Shown here piece by piece: positions 33,744 to 42,218 of a stretch of DNA of 42,218 bases. This stretch comes from a virus. Below the pieces are notes generated by a model. It ran no database searches, was not told the origin of the DNA, and saw only the letters and a list, made by a program, of their open reading frames with translations. Made by a program: the position numbers and the translations under genes. The stretch spans positions 1-42,218 of the IMG/VR virus record IMGVR_UViG_3300009537_000049; one strand, written 5' to 3'. Each line of letters starts with the position of its first letter. Position 1 is the first letter of the stretch.

Positions 33744-33746
33744 TGT

Positions 33747-34394
33747 TTAATCCTTGAAAAACAGGTTTGGCCCGGCTACTGTCCGGCCTTGTCTGCGAGC
33801 AGTAATAAATTTGCTCTTTTGGATCCGCCGCGGCGGGCGCTCCTGCCCATCGATGGCCGTCGCTTCGGCCTTGATCTCTTTTTGAAGCTCCACAAGAACC
33901 TTTACTCTGTTCTCTGTGCCGCTGAAATTCGGAGCAAGAATTATCGCGAGATTGATCGCAAAAAGCGAAATAAAAAGCGGATCAAATTTAGACACATGCA
34001 CGTGATCGTAAATATAGCGGATGTTGATTGACTGTGAATCCTCTCCGTTCGTGTAATAATAATTCCCTTCCAATTCGTAATCATCCGGCACAATCTTCGA
34101 ACCGAGATCGTCATAGCGGCCGATAAAACGAACCCAATCCGAAGGTTTAAGATAGGCATGGGTGAAACCAAAAAGGGGAACAGCGGAAGGATCGGGAGTG
34201 AGTTTCACGCGCTTCAGTGCGAAATTCCACACGTGGCCGCGAAGAGTTGCGCGGCGCACTTGATGATACCAAACCGCACACAAATTTTCAGCGGCGGAAG
34301 TCGGCGGATCAATCTGTACAACAGGACGCTGCTTAACATGGGACAACGCAAGATTACAAATATCGACTTCGGAATCAGGAGCAGCGAGACTCAT
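33747..34394 (-). CDS. tail tubular protein A / adaptor (215 aa)
   Basis: EVDICNLALSHVKQRPVVQIDPPTSAAENLCAVWYHQVRRATLRGHVWNFALK fits the T7 gp11 N-terminal pattern (..VN.IL..IGE.PV..L....A......R......W.FN). Confidence 0.6.
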   Translation of the reverse strand: MSLAAPDSEVDICNLALSHVKQRPVVQIDPPTSAAENLCAVWYHQVRRATLRGHVWNFALKRVKLTPDPSAVPLFGFTHAYLKPSDWVRFIGRYDDLGSKIVPDDYELEGNYYYTNGEDSQSINIRYIYDHVHVSKFDPLFISLFAINLAIILAPNFSGTENRVKVLVELQKEIKAEATAIDGQERPPRRIQKSKFITARRQGRTVAGPNLFFKD

Positions 34395-34411
34395 ATTTTT
34401 TTCCTCTCAAG

Positions 34412-34446
34412 AAAAAAGGCGGCGGGGCCATAAACCCCACCGCCTT
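34412..34446 (-). terminator. rho-independent terminator after the capsid/decoration genes
   Basis: On the minus strand the stem is GGCGGUGGGG with CCCCGCCGCC (10 bp, one G-U), with a 7-nt loop, followed by UUUUUU. Confidence 0.75.
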
Positions 34447-34470
34447 CTTCAATTTCCGAACGGCTCTGAC

Positions 34471-34992
34471 TTAACCCTGAACGAACCGTGCGATAACGGT
34501 GATGGTCCCGGCCGCCGTGCCAACGACATTCGCCGTCAGCGCGATGTCATACCCACGCGCGCGTTTGTCTTCCTGCGCGTCTCCGGCGATCTCGTAAATG
34601 CGCTTCTTGACATTTTCAAGAGCGACAGGAGAAGCACTCATCCCCGACAGGGGCGCCGTGCGAGCGTTGCCGGATGAGAGATCCGCGCCATCGACGAAAG
34701 CATCCGCGTCAATAACACCCCCACCCACACCGTCATCACTCAACGACTCGTACAGGCCGAGATCCCAATCCGTACCGCCCGTAATCGCGTCGTTCATAAT
34801 CTCGATCTCGACCGGAATGAGATCGGGGTTCACGTTTTTGAACAGGCGATAAATCGAAGCATTATCGTCTGCGGCCGCGACTTCAAAAGTCGTGACCATC
34901 TCCACAACTGCCGCACCATGCACGAAAGCGGCGTTGCCCTTTTTCCCGGCCGCGAGATCCGCGTCCACATATTTATTCTCGACTGCACACAT
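34471..34992 (-). CDS. capsid decoration / cement protein candidate (173 aa)
   Basis: It lies immediately downstream of the capsid gene and upstream of the terminator. The RBS AAAGGAGAAAG is strong. The assignment rests on position only. Confidence 0.45.
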   Translation of the reverse strand: MCAVENKYVDADLAAGKKGNAAFVHGAAVVEMVTTFEVAAADDNASIYRLFKNVNPDLIPVEIEIMNDAITGGTDWDLGLYESLSDDGVGGGVIDADAFVDGADLSSGNARTAPLSGMSASPVALENVKKRIYEIAGDAQEDKRARGYDIALTANVVGTAAGTITVIARFVQG

Positions 34993-35019
34993 GAGCTTTC
35001 TCCTTTTCTACCGGTAAAA

Positions 35020-35907
35020 TTACGCGGTCGTTTGGACTTTCTGAACGAGAATCCCCTCGGTACGCACCGCACCGAGTTCACCGATGATCTGCACCTGCTT
35101 CGTCTCGATATAATCAGGACGATCGTCGACCGAGATTTTCATCTCTTTCGACAAGCCGTAGCAGATTCCACGCCCGGTCAGAGCGATGTTATCGCGCGTA
35201 GTGGAATTCACCGCCAGAAGCGGGTTGGGAACATCGGCGCCGTAGATCAAAAGCTGCAATCCGACGGCACGAGCCATCTCGCCTTGATCGACCACGAACT
35301 GCCGTGAGAAATCGCCGGACGTAAGCTCCGTCTCTTTCATCAGGGCTTCCTCTTCGGTACCGGTGACAAGCAAAAGAAGCTGCTCGGGGATGTCGGTCCC
35401 GACATCATTGTTCCGCCAGTTTTTGCGGATCTCAAGCAGTTTCTCATAGGTGAGCCCGGCCGTAGCGTCGACCGTCAGGCCGCCGTCACCGGCAAACGTC
35501 ACCGTGGTGTCAAATTCCCGGCCGGTGGCGACATCCGCGAAAGATGCCTCGATGCCCACCCGGTCAAACACACGCTCCATCCCGCGGATACACGCTTCCG
35601 CGTACGCGCCCTGCGGATCAAGCAGCATACCGCGAACGTCGGACGCGTCAATCGGGAGCGTCACAACGAACCGGCGGCGCCGGATCCGACGACGCAAGTG
35701 CTCGATGTCGTCAAACGTGGTTTTCACAATACGGCCATTCACCTCGCGAGCTTCGACAGCGCCGAGGCCATCATACGCGAAGCGATCACCGATCATGGGT
35801 TTAATCTGGACGAACGGACGAAGACGCGCTCGGATCTGCTGCGCCTTGACATGCAGCATATCCGAGAACTGGGTAATCAGAAGATTGTCTTGAGTTTGGG
35901 TGGACAT
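35020..35907 (-). CDS. major capsid protein (295 aa)
   Basis: It follows the scaffold gene. It has its own promoter and a strong AAGGAGAGG RBS, and is followed by a terminator. The sequence resembles podovirus HK97-fold capsid proteins (by eye, unverified). Confidence 0.75.
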   Translation of the reverse strand: MSTQTQDNLLITQFSDMLHVKAQQIRARLRPFVQIKPMIGDRFAYDGLGAVEAREVNGRIVKTTFDDIEHLRRRIRRRRFVVTLPIDASDVRGMLLDPQGAYAEACIRGMERVFDRVGIEASFADVATGREFDTTVTFAGDGGLTVDATAGLTYEKLLEIRKNWRNNDVGTDIPEQLLLLVTGTEEEALMKETELTSGDFSRQFVVDQGEMARAVGLQLLIYGADVPNPLLAVNSTTRDNIALTGRGICYGLSKEMKISVDDRPDYIETKQVQIIGELGAVRTEGILVQKVQTTA

Positions 35908-36102
35908 TGGCCTCTCCTTGTTGAAAGCGAATTAGACAACGATACGAAAAAATACCAACTTTTTTCGGTAACGGTATCCAACTGCCCCTACAAATCAAGG
36001 CCGATGGGCGATACCTAACTCTTTCGCGCCGAGCTTAAAGGCGAGTGGTTTAACCACCATCAGATGGGCCGGTATCGGGTATCCATCACTACAGATGGTA
36101 AA
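35908..36102 (-). promoter_or_regulatory. long (~190 nt) structured 5' leader of the capsid gene
   Basis: It lies between P4 and the capsid RBS. It contains GGUAUC/GAUACC and GAUAC/GUAUC pairings that compete for the same segment, plus an 8-bp CGAAAAAA/UUUUUUCG hairpin. Confidence 0.5.
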
Positions 36103-36131
36103 ACTATCGCACAAAAATTAAATCTTGTCAA
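36103..36131 (-). promoter_or_regulatory. sigma70-type promoter P4 upstream of the capsid gene
   Basis: On the minus strand: TTGACA (36131-36126), a 17-nt spacer, then GATAGT (36108-36103). Confidence 0.65.
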
Positions 36132-36146
36132 CCCCCGCTTAAAATT

Positions 36147-37022
36147 TTATTTTCTCGCGGGCGCGGCCGTACCATAAAGCCGTTGCACTTCCTCAACGGT
36201 TTTATTGTGGTCTGGATGAAAAGGATCAGAGTATGCCTTCGATGCCATGAGTTCCTTTCCTTTGACGCGCTTTTCTTCAGATGACATCGCCGCAGACGCC
36301 GCCGGACCTCCGGTAAGATCATCCTCGTTGATGTACTCCCGGCGGATGCCATCCAACACACCGGCCATGAGAATAAGATTCTCATTGGACAAAGATTCCA
36401 GATGTGGTTTGACTTTCTCGGGCGCATATTTCGCAAGAAGAATTTTTGCATCACCGAGCGCTTTCTCCTGCCGGTCGCCGAACACTTCTCCCGCCAACTT
36501 AGTGAAATCCGCGTCCTGCTTCTCGACCGCAACGCCACTGGCCTTGAGAGTCTGAAGCATCATGTCATTCCATTCTTTTTCCAGAATCTTCGCCTGCCGC
36601 GCGGAAACACCGGCCTTGTGAAAAATACCTTTCACGCCCTTCTGAAAATTCTCGTCTTTCGGCAATCCTTCCGGGGGGTTGCCCAACTGATAGTCATCGG
36701 CCTTTTCAGGAACCCCAAAAGACTTATTGAACGCATCCCATTCTTTCGGGTCCGCGTTGTCATGCGGGATCCCGGTCGGCCGTTTGCCGAGCGTCGTCAC
36801 CGCGTTGTCGAGTTTCTTAAAAACTCCGGGGACGTCCTTAACGTCTTTGAGATATTCGCGGTCTTTGTACTCGGCAGGAACGATTGTGTTGAGATCTGGA
36901 TACGAAGGTTGCGGATCCGCAGGCGGAATATGCGAGGGGATAGCTCCCTTGTTTGGATCCGTCGGAGGCGCAACGGGCGCAGGCGCAGGAGCAGGCGCAG
37001 GAGCAGGATTAGGATCTGTCAT
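36147..37022 (-). CDS. capsid scaffolding protein (291 aa)
   Basis: It lies between the portal and capsid genes. The sequence is helical and acidic/Lys-rich. The N-terminus has a (Pro-Ala)n tract, PAPAPAPAPAP. Confidence 0.7.
   Translation of the reverse strand: MTDPNPAPAPAPAPAPVAPPTDPNKGAIPSHIPPADPQPSYPDLNTIVPAEYKDREYLKDVKDVPGVFKKLDNAVTTLGKRPTGIPHDNADPKEWDAFNKSFGVPEKADDYQLGNPPEGLPKDENFQKGVKGIFHKAGVSARQAKILEKEWNDMMLQTLKASGVAVEKQDADFTKLAGEVFGDRQEKALGDAKILLAKYAPEKVKPHLESLSNENLILMAGVLDGIRREYINEDDLTGGPAASAAMSSEEKRVKGKELMASKAYSDPFHPDHNKTVEEVQRLYGTAAPARK
36976..37008 (-). repeat. 12-nt tandem repeat encoding the (Pro-Ala)n tract
   Basis: On the plus strand GCAGGCGCAGGA occurs twice, followed by a partial unit. 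Confidence 0.8.
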
Positions 37023-37039
37023 TGTTTGTTCCTTTCAAT

Positions 37040-37390
37040 TTAGGTGAAAAGGTTATTTTCTTCGTCTTGTTCAAGCCCTTTGTTCTCAACTTTACGAAGC
37101 ACATCCACACTCACGTATTTACGCAACGTCAAATACAAATTCCGCCGCGCTTCGTTGTACACCGTGCTCTGCGTCATCACTTCACCGCTACTCGGATCCG
37201 CAACAACACTCGGCCGCTGATAACCGCACAGGTCCATAATGTAACGCAGCGTACGCTGACCGAAGCCAGTCGCAAACGTCTCGCGGATATCGCGCTTCAG
37301 TAGCGCGGCTTTTTCTTTTTCTTTTTTTTCTTGGCCAACTTTCTTACGTTTCGACTCATCGGTTGCCCTCCGGTCTGCTGTCTTCGTCAT
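37040..37390 (-). CDS. small conserved head-module protein (116 aa)
   Basis: It lies between the portal and scaffold genes. FATGFGQRTLRYIMDLCGY...EARRNLYLTLRKY recalls Bbp19-like proteins of BPP-1-type podophages (from memory, unverified). Confidence 0.55.
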   Translation of the reverse strand: MTKTADRRATDESKRKKVGQEKKEKEKAALLKRDIRETFATGFGQRTLRYIMDLCGYQRPSVVADPSSGEVMTQSTVYNEARRNLYLTLRKYVSVDVLRKVENKGLEQDEENNLFT

Positions 37391-39129
37391 TTCTTTTTCC
37401 CGTTCTGCGCAGCCGGAAGTGTTGGCACCATTCCAGACTGGCCTAGATTCCGAATTGCTTCCGCTCCCTGTCTCATTTGCTCTGCCTGCGCCGCCTCTTG
37501 CGCAGCGGCTTCTCGTTCCTCACGAATAGTATCCACATCAGAAATTGCACGCATCATCTCACTCGGTGCGCCTTGCAGGAATCCGAACCGCCTCAAAGAC
37601 ACATCCTCATCAAGATTATCCAAAACCTGCGGAACGCCCTGCGCGATGACCCCCGCAAACTCCCACGTTCTCATCATGCCTTCCGACTCTTCGGCCTGCA
37701 TAATGCGCATTGCCGGAGTAAAATACTCGATGTTGTAGACATCTTTGCCTCGTTGAATAAGTTTAGCCACCGCCTCCGGAATGATGAGCGGCTCTTGACC
37801 CTCGATATCACGCTGAATTATCTCATCGACGGATCCGCGAACAACGCCCATTTCCCCCTGCGAAAACAAAACATTGAACGTGCGTTCGACAATCGGAGAA
37901 AAACCTTCCGCGATCTGACGCGTAAAAATCCCGCCCAAAGACGAATTACGCAGCCGATTCCGAAGCTGCGCTTCTCCAAGCGTCATCCGCGTTTCATTGT
38001 TGAAGTCCAGAAGCCGATCGATGAAGAAGTGATCCGCGATCGATTGCGACAGTGATTCCAAAAGCTGCAGCGCCTGCTTTATTTCCCCGACCGTAAAAAG
38101 CGGAAAAATCGGATTCTTTTCCCCGGCCCGGCCAGTAATATTAAACACTGTAATGGCCCCCGCACTGGTGTCAATATCACCACCGCCGAGTTTTCCGTCA
38201 TCAAGTACGCCAAGCGGAGGGTCGAGATTCTTTTCAATCCCAATAGTGACGGCTTCCCAAATTGCGTTTGCCTCAAGGATGTCAGAAAGGGCGTCCATTC
38301 CGGGGGAACGGCCATATTTTTCTCCTAGCAATTTCCAAAAACGCACGACTTTGATTGGCACTTCCGAGAAGCCACTCTCGCGCAAAATGTGTTTCTTTTC
38401 AATCTCGATGTGCACGGATTGAAAAGGCATGTCCCGGTTGCCCGTCTTTTTCGAATCGCGGACCAGACGCGGTTCGATCGCGATAAGAATCCGCACGTTC
38501 TCGTCATGTTTGTCTTCGTTGAAAAGTTTCCTCACGCGCTCGGAGACTTTATCAATTCCGTATTCTTTGACGACAACCTCGACGGTTTTTTCGACCTCGA
38601 TGTAGATCGTATCCACGAATCCATAACGATCTTCCGAAATTGAAATGTGCTTCACGCCCCACGCCTTGTACGAGACTTTCGTTTTCGGATCCGGGAGCAC
38701 ATCAATCCCCGCAGTCCCGAATGTGACCTGCTCGAGCATATATTCATCGAGCGCCATCGGAAGTCCCGCGCGCGGATCATCCATCACGTCGATGACTCTT
38801 GCTGTGACCGCTTCGTAATACGTCTTTATTTCGTGAGTTTCTTGAAGACCTTTTGGCGGGCGGAGCCGGAAGCGCCGTGTAGATTGAGGCCAGAGCATTG
38901 AGAGGAGACTGGAAGCGGCAGTCTTGGCGGACTTAGGCCCGACGGAATCAAAAACTTCACGAGTCAGGAATTCTCCCGGCTGCCGTACAGAAGTGAAATC
39001 CATCCGCCGGGTGTGGATGTATTCACCGATCAACTGCCACTGGTCGAGCCAAGTATTTTTTTGGGCCTTGAGTTCGTTGTTGCGGCTTAGAATCTTTTTG
39101 ACTTTATCGCCGCCCCCGCCTGTCGGCAT
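37387..39129 (-). CDS. portal protein (580 aa)
   Basis: Its size, its position after TerL, and the N-terminus NELKAQKNTWLDQWQLIGEYIHTRR are typical of podovirus head-tail connector proteins. Confidence 0.85.
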   Translation of the reverse strand: MPTGGGGDKVKKILSRNNELKAQKNTWLDQWQLIGEYIHTRRMDFTSVRQPGEFLTREVFDSVGPKSAKTAASSLLSMLWPQSTRRFRLRPPKGLQETHEIKTYYEAVTARVIDVMDDPRAGLPMALDEYMLEQVTFGTAGIDVLPDPKTKVSYKAWGVKHISISEDRYGFVDTIYIEVEKTVEVVVKEYGIDKVSERVRKLFNEDKHDENVRILIAIEPRLVRDSKKTGNRDMPFQSVHIEIEKKHILRESGFSEVPIKVVRFWKLLGEKYGRSPGMDALSDILEANAIWEAVTIGIEKNLDPPLGVLDDGKLGGGDIDTSAGAITVFNITGRAGEKNPIFPLFTVGEIKQALQLLESLSQSIADHFFIDRLLDFNNETRMTLGEAQLRNRLRNSSLGGIFTRQIAEGFSPIVERTFNVLFSQGEMGVVRGSVDEIIQRDIEGQEPLIIPEAVAKLIQRGKDVYNIEYFTPAMRIMQAEESEGMMRTWEFAGVIAQGVPQVLDNLDEDVSLRRFGFLQGAPSEMMRAISDVDTIREEREAAAQEAAQAEQMRQGAEAIRNLGQSGMVPTLPAAQNGKKK

Positions 39130-39132
39130 TTC

Positions 39133-39327
39133 TTAAACCGCCGTCAACTGTCTTCGGTTCGTAGGCGCCGTACCCAAAATTCCTTGTTGGGTCGTTGAGA
39201 TCAAAGACGCACGACCCGCGCGCCGTAAACGATCTTGGTCTGTTGCTTTTGGTTCTTTGTTGACTTTCGGAACAGAAGAAGAGATTACCTGCGACACAGA
39301 TTTCTTGAACGGATTTAAAAAGCCCAT
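39133..39327 (-). CDS. small hypothetical protein (64 aa) between TerL and portal
   Basis: ORF track. Its stop lies 3 nt before the portal ATG. Confidence 0.5.
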   Translation of the reverse strand: MGFLNPFKKSVSQVISSSVPKVNKEPKATDQDRLRRAGRASLISTTQQGILGTAPTNRRQLTAV

Positions 39328-39345
39328 ACCCGCGCCCTCCCCGGT

Positions 39346-40977
39346 TTAACGCCGCCTACCCAAGAGTTTATCCTGCCTTCTGATTTTTTGCAAGGTCAAT
39401 AATGGACTTCTTCCTCCGGACTTGGCTTTTATCTTCTTGAAGCCATTCCCGGCCGAATCGCGTCGCCGCACGGGATACGCAAAAGTCAGTGCGAGTCCAT
39501 CACCCACGTCCGGCGACATTTTGAGAAGTTTGAAAATCTCCTGCTTCGACGCGAGTTGAATTTTCTGCGTCGAGGTTGTTTTCTCGTGCGGCATGCACAT
39601 GAGATCGCGCTGCAGCTCGTCCGTGTCCGGCACGCTCACTTCGCCTTCCTCGCCATGAAACCAGTCGCGCATCAAGCACCACATCTCCGCGCGCTTGTTG
39701 AGATACGTATTTTCGTCGAGCGGCTTTTCCCCGAAGTGCACCCCGTGAACCACGCTGCCAAACCCAAGCTCGCGCAGACGATCGATCACGCCGTATCCTT
39801 CGCCCACATCCACGTTCACCATCTCCGGGCTGTGCTGTTCGATACGGTCCGCCAACATTCCCGCGATGACCATCTGCACGTTGTCTTTGGCTTCGAATTT
39901 GAAAGATTCAATTTTCGTTACCTGCCGTCCGCGGCGATACACGAACACCGTCCTGTCCTTCGTCCGGCCCGGATCGACCCCGATGACCAAAGGCGCTTCG
40001 GAATCCTTCACGCTGCTTTTTCTCGCGCGCATGATGGCCTGCGCGGAGATAAGCGTGTCACCCGACGTCTGAAACGCCTCCTGCAAAAACGCCGGGTACT
40101 CTTGTTTAAACTTCCACTCGGATTTGAATTCGTTGATCTTCGCCCGGCGCCAGTACATCTGCCCGGCCGTGAGCGGAATTTTCCGATCGGACGAGCGCGA
40201 GTAAAGCAGCCGGTATTCCTCTTCTTCTTTCGAGAGTTCCACAACGCCGTCGGGTGGTGCCGCGCGCGTGTACTCTTCCTGCCAGTACCACGGGATGAAA
40301 ACCACGACGTAATCATTCTTGCCGTTCATGGCCTCCATCGTGAGATCGTAAAACATGTTGGCCATGCCGTTCGCGGTCGACTCGAGAATAATTTCCGTGT
40401 CGCGCATGTCCGGCACAGACTGCAAAATCCCGGTCTGGATCTGATCCGTATTCGCCCAAAAAGCCACTTCACTGCCGTGGAAAAGCTGCAGTGTACCGCC
40501 GCGGCCCACGTTCTCGTTCCCGGCCGTTCCCACGGAATAATCACTTCCGAGTTTTTCGAAAACAAGCTCGCGTTTGTTGTAAATTTCCGCGAACGGCTTC
40601 GCCACGTCCGGGGCCAGATCGTGAAAACGCTCGACAATTTTAAACAGCTTCTTCGTCGTCTCCGCCTCGTGCGAGAGAATAAAAACGCTCATACCTCGAT
40701 TGCGCGTCGCGCGATGATAATACCGCCCGGAGATATACGTCGAGCACCCCTGCTGCCTGCCTTTCACCACGATCGCGCGTACGCGTCCTGTGGTTTTCCT
40801 CTGCCATTCGATTTTTTGATGTAGATATTCCTGTGCTGTGTTGAGGACGAAAGCGAGAATGGCCCCGGACTTGGCTTTGATGCGGAGACAGCGTTTCGCG
40901 TAGTAGGGATAATCCTGCTGAAGACGTTCGTGAACCGCCTTGCGGTCCTCCGGCCGGAACTGATGTGACTGGCTCAC
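39346..40977 (-). CDS. terL: terminase large subunit
   Basis: The Walker A-like motif is VVKGRQQGCST. The nuclease-domain pattern is VIGVDPGRTKDRTVFVYR...NVDVGEGYG. GTG 40977 overlaps the TerS stop (GTGA). No ATG precedes the Walker A motif downstream of 40977. Confidence 0.85.
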   Translation of the reverse strand: MSQSHQFRPEDRKAVHERLQQDYPYYAKRCLRIKAKSGAILAFVLNTAQEYLHQKIEWQRKTTGRVRAIVVKGRQQGCSTYISGRYYHRATRNRGMSVFILSHEAETTKKLFKIVERFHDLAPDVAKPFAEIYNKRELVFEKLGSDYSVGTAGNENVGRGGTLQLFHGSEVAFWANTDQIQTGILQSVPDMRDTEIILESTANGMANMFYDLTMEAMNGKNDYVVVFIPWYWQEEYTRAAPPDGVVELSKEEEEYRLLYSRSSDRKIPLTAGQMYWRRAKINEFKSEWKFKQEYPAFLQEAFQTSGDTLISAQAIMRARKSSVKDSEAPLVIGVDPGRTKDRTVFVYRRGRQVTKIESFKFEAKDNVQMVIAGMLADRIEQHSPEMVNVDVGEGYGVIDRLRELGFGSVVHGVHFGEKPLDENTYLNKRAEMWCLMRDWFHGEEGEVSVPDTDELQRDLMCMPHEKTTSTQKIQLASKQEIFKLLKMSPDVGDGLALTFAYPVRRRDSAGNGFKKIKAKSGGRSPLLTLQKIRRQDKLLGRRR

Positions 40978-41357
40978 GAGAGAAGATCCTCGACCGGATC
41001 CGGAGGGGACAAAGAAACAGGAGCCGGGAGCGGACGGCCCGCTTCTTCCGCATCTTTTTTCATGCACTCGTCGAGATAATCCTGATACGTGAATGACACG
41101 GATTTAACTTCCGCGAGCTGCACGGGTTTGCCGAGCAATCGATCCATGACCTCTTGGATGGATTTATCATTCCCCGCGCACGCTTTGAGCACCAACTGCC
41201 GCACCATGACTTCGGCCAGTGTCATGCCCTCGATCTCTTCGCGGGAAGCGATCTTGATTCCGAAGATGCGCTCGAAATCTTCCGGGGAACACACCGGAAT
41301 TTTTGTATCGAGCGCTTTGTCCAGAAGGTCGCGTATGTACTGCGATTTCGTGGACAC
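40974..41357 (-). CDS. terS: terminase small subunit candidate (127 aa)
   Basis: It lies immediately upstream of TerL and is coupled to it. MTLAEVMVRQLVLKACAGNDKSIQEVMDRLLGKPVQ fits the small-terminase helical pattern. Confidence 0.55.
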   Translation of the reverse strand: MSTKSQYIRDLLDKALDTKIPVCSPEDFERIFGIKIASREEIEGMTLAEVMVRQLVLKACAGNDKSIQEVMDRLLGKPVQLAEVKSVSFTYQDYLDECMKKDAEEAGRPLPAPVSLSPPDPVEDLLS

Positions 41358-41364
41358 CGCGCGT

Positions 41365-41985
41365 TTAGATCATGCTCTCGGCCGGGTCTTCCTGATCGAC
41401 AGGAACCTCGTCCGCAGAAGAAACCTCGCCCGCTTTTTCTTGAATTCCGCCCGGCTCTTCCGGCCTCACGCGCGTTTCAGACGTTTCAGAGTCGGCTTCC
41501 ATAACCGCGCGGCGGGCGTCTTTGACGTCTTTGAAAGACGAAACCGGGACCGAGAGCGCGTGAATGCGACAATACTGCGAGAGTTCGGAGAGCGACATTT
41601 CATCCACGGACTTAGCGTTCGTGGAGAAAATCGACAACTCCGACGGGTTTACCATCACCCGCACCGAGGCCACGATCGAACACGTGCGGAAGGAAACGCA
41701 GGCCGGATGTTTCTCGGATAGACGGTCCGGGAGAAGCTGACGTTGGATCACGTGCTGCGCGCAGCGAAGCGCATTCAAGCGGCTCTTCACGATTTCGAAT
41801 CGCTTCACCTGCTGCCCTTCGACTTTCTTTTTCACTTCTTTGCGGCCCGTCACAATCTCGACGACTTCAGGCAGAAGAAATTTCTCCGGCCCGTACGTTT
41901 TCAGAAACCGATCTCTCCCGCTCGATGCGTAATACTGGCCCTTCACGGTCACTTCGTACGCCGGAACTTTTTTCTCTTCCACCAT
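41365..41985 (-). CDS. hypothetical protein (206 aa), first gene of the late operon
   Basis: ORF track. The RBS is GGAGGAAAAG. No family recognised. Confidence 0.6.
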   Translation of the reverse strand: MVEEKKVPAYEVTVKGQYYASSGRDRFLKTYGPEKFLLPEVVEIVTGRKEVKKKVEGQQVKRFEIVKSRLNALRCAQHVIQRQLLPDRLSEKHPACVSFRTCSIVASVRVMVNPSELSIFSTNAKSVDEMSLSELSQYCRIHALSVPVSSFKDVKDARRAVMEADSETSETRVRPEEPGGIQEKAGEVSSADEVPVDQEDPAESMI

Positions 41986-42027
41986 TTGCTTTTCCTCCGC
42001 AGTTTTGTGAATTGTTCATACGGATAA

Positions 42028-42056
42028 AGTTTACCGCGCGTGGATGGAAGTGTCAA
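42028..42056 (-). promoter_or_regulatory. sigma70-type promoter P3 for the late (minus-strand) operon
   Basis: On the minus strand: TTGACA (42056-42051), a 17-nt spacer, then TAAACT (42033-42028), about 40 nt upstream of the first late gene. Confidence 0.7.
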
Positions 42057-42119
42057 ATATTATTATCTTGAATTGAGTTTTTCTGAAAATTTTTCTGCGG
42101 CGGCCCGCGGGCGGCTCGC

Positions 42120-42218
42120 CGGGAGCGGGTCCTTTCAGTCGTGCGTGTAAGAATCATATTTTTTAGGCAGTACGCCCACAGTGTCTTGGGACGCTATACA
42201 CCCCAAAGACACCCCACC
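42120..42218. repeat. terminal direct repeat, copy B
   Basis: Identical to about 1-99. Confidence 0.9.

Noticed and set aside
36976-37008. The GCAGGCGCAGGA tandem repeat as a non-coding VNTR or regulatory repeat.
   Set aside because: It lies in frame within the scaffold gene and simply encodes the (Pro-Ala)n low-complexity N-terminus.
39556-40824. A 422-aa plus-strand ORF running antisense through the terminase large subunit gene.
   Set aside because: It has low-complexity Arg/His/Leu-rich content and no RBS. TerL on the other strand has clear Walker and nuclease motifs. Long antisense ORFs arise when the sense gene avoids TTA, CTA and TCA codons.

Overview
The window is a complete tailed-phage genome of about 42.1 kb. 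Its first ~99 nt are repeated exactly at its last ~99 nt, so the contig closes on itself. It is podovirus-like. The structural genes follow a T7-type order (portal, scaffold, capsid, tubular A/B, internal virion proteins, fibre), with terminase upstream and no phage RNA polymerase. The plus strand (679-12974) carries two operons. The early operon encodes a SpoVG-like protein and several small unknown proteins, followed by a strong hairpin terminator and then a SleB/CwlJ-like wall hydrolase. The replication operon encodes an HTH protein, a primase-polymerase/VirE-type NTPase, an SNF2 helicase, a Cas4-like DUF2800 nuclease, a DUF2815-type SSB, a family A DNA polymerase and a small nuclease-like protein. 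The minus strand (41985 down to 12971) carries TerS, TerL, portal, scaffold, capsid, decoration, tubular A/B, internal virion proteins and a tail fibre. The last ~8 kb of the late strand (12971-21188) is unusual, because most of its products start with a Sec signal peptide or a TM anchor. These include three large fibre-like repeat proteins. Four near-consensus sigma70 promoters (perfect TTGACA -35 boxes) and two intrinsic terminators give a simple transcription map. An ~810-bp non-coding control region (41986-42119 plus 1-678) holds an array of GTTACA/TGTAAC sites, identical GC-only palindromes and a promoter-associated TTCAAGAYA motif. I found no integrase, repressor, tRNA, rRNA, CRISPR array, reverse transcriptase or transposase. 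All family assignments come from motif recognition by eye and need HMM or structure searches to confirm.
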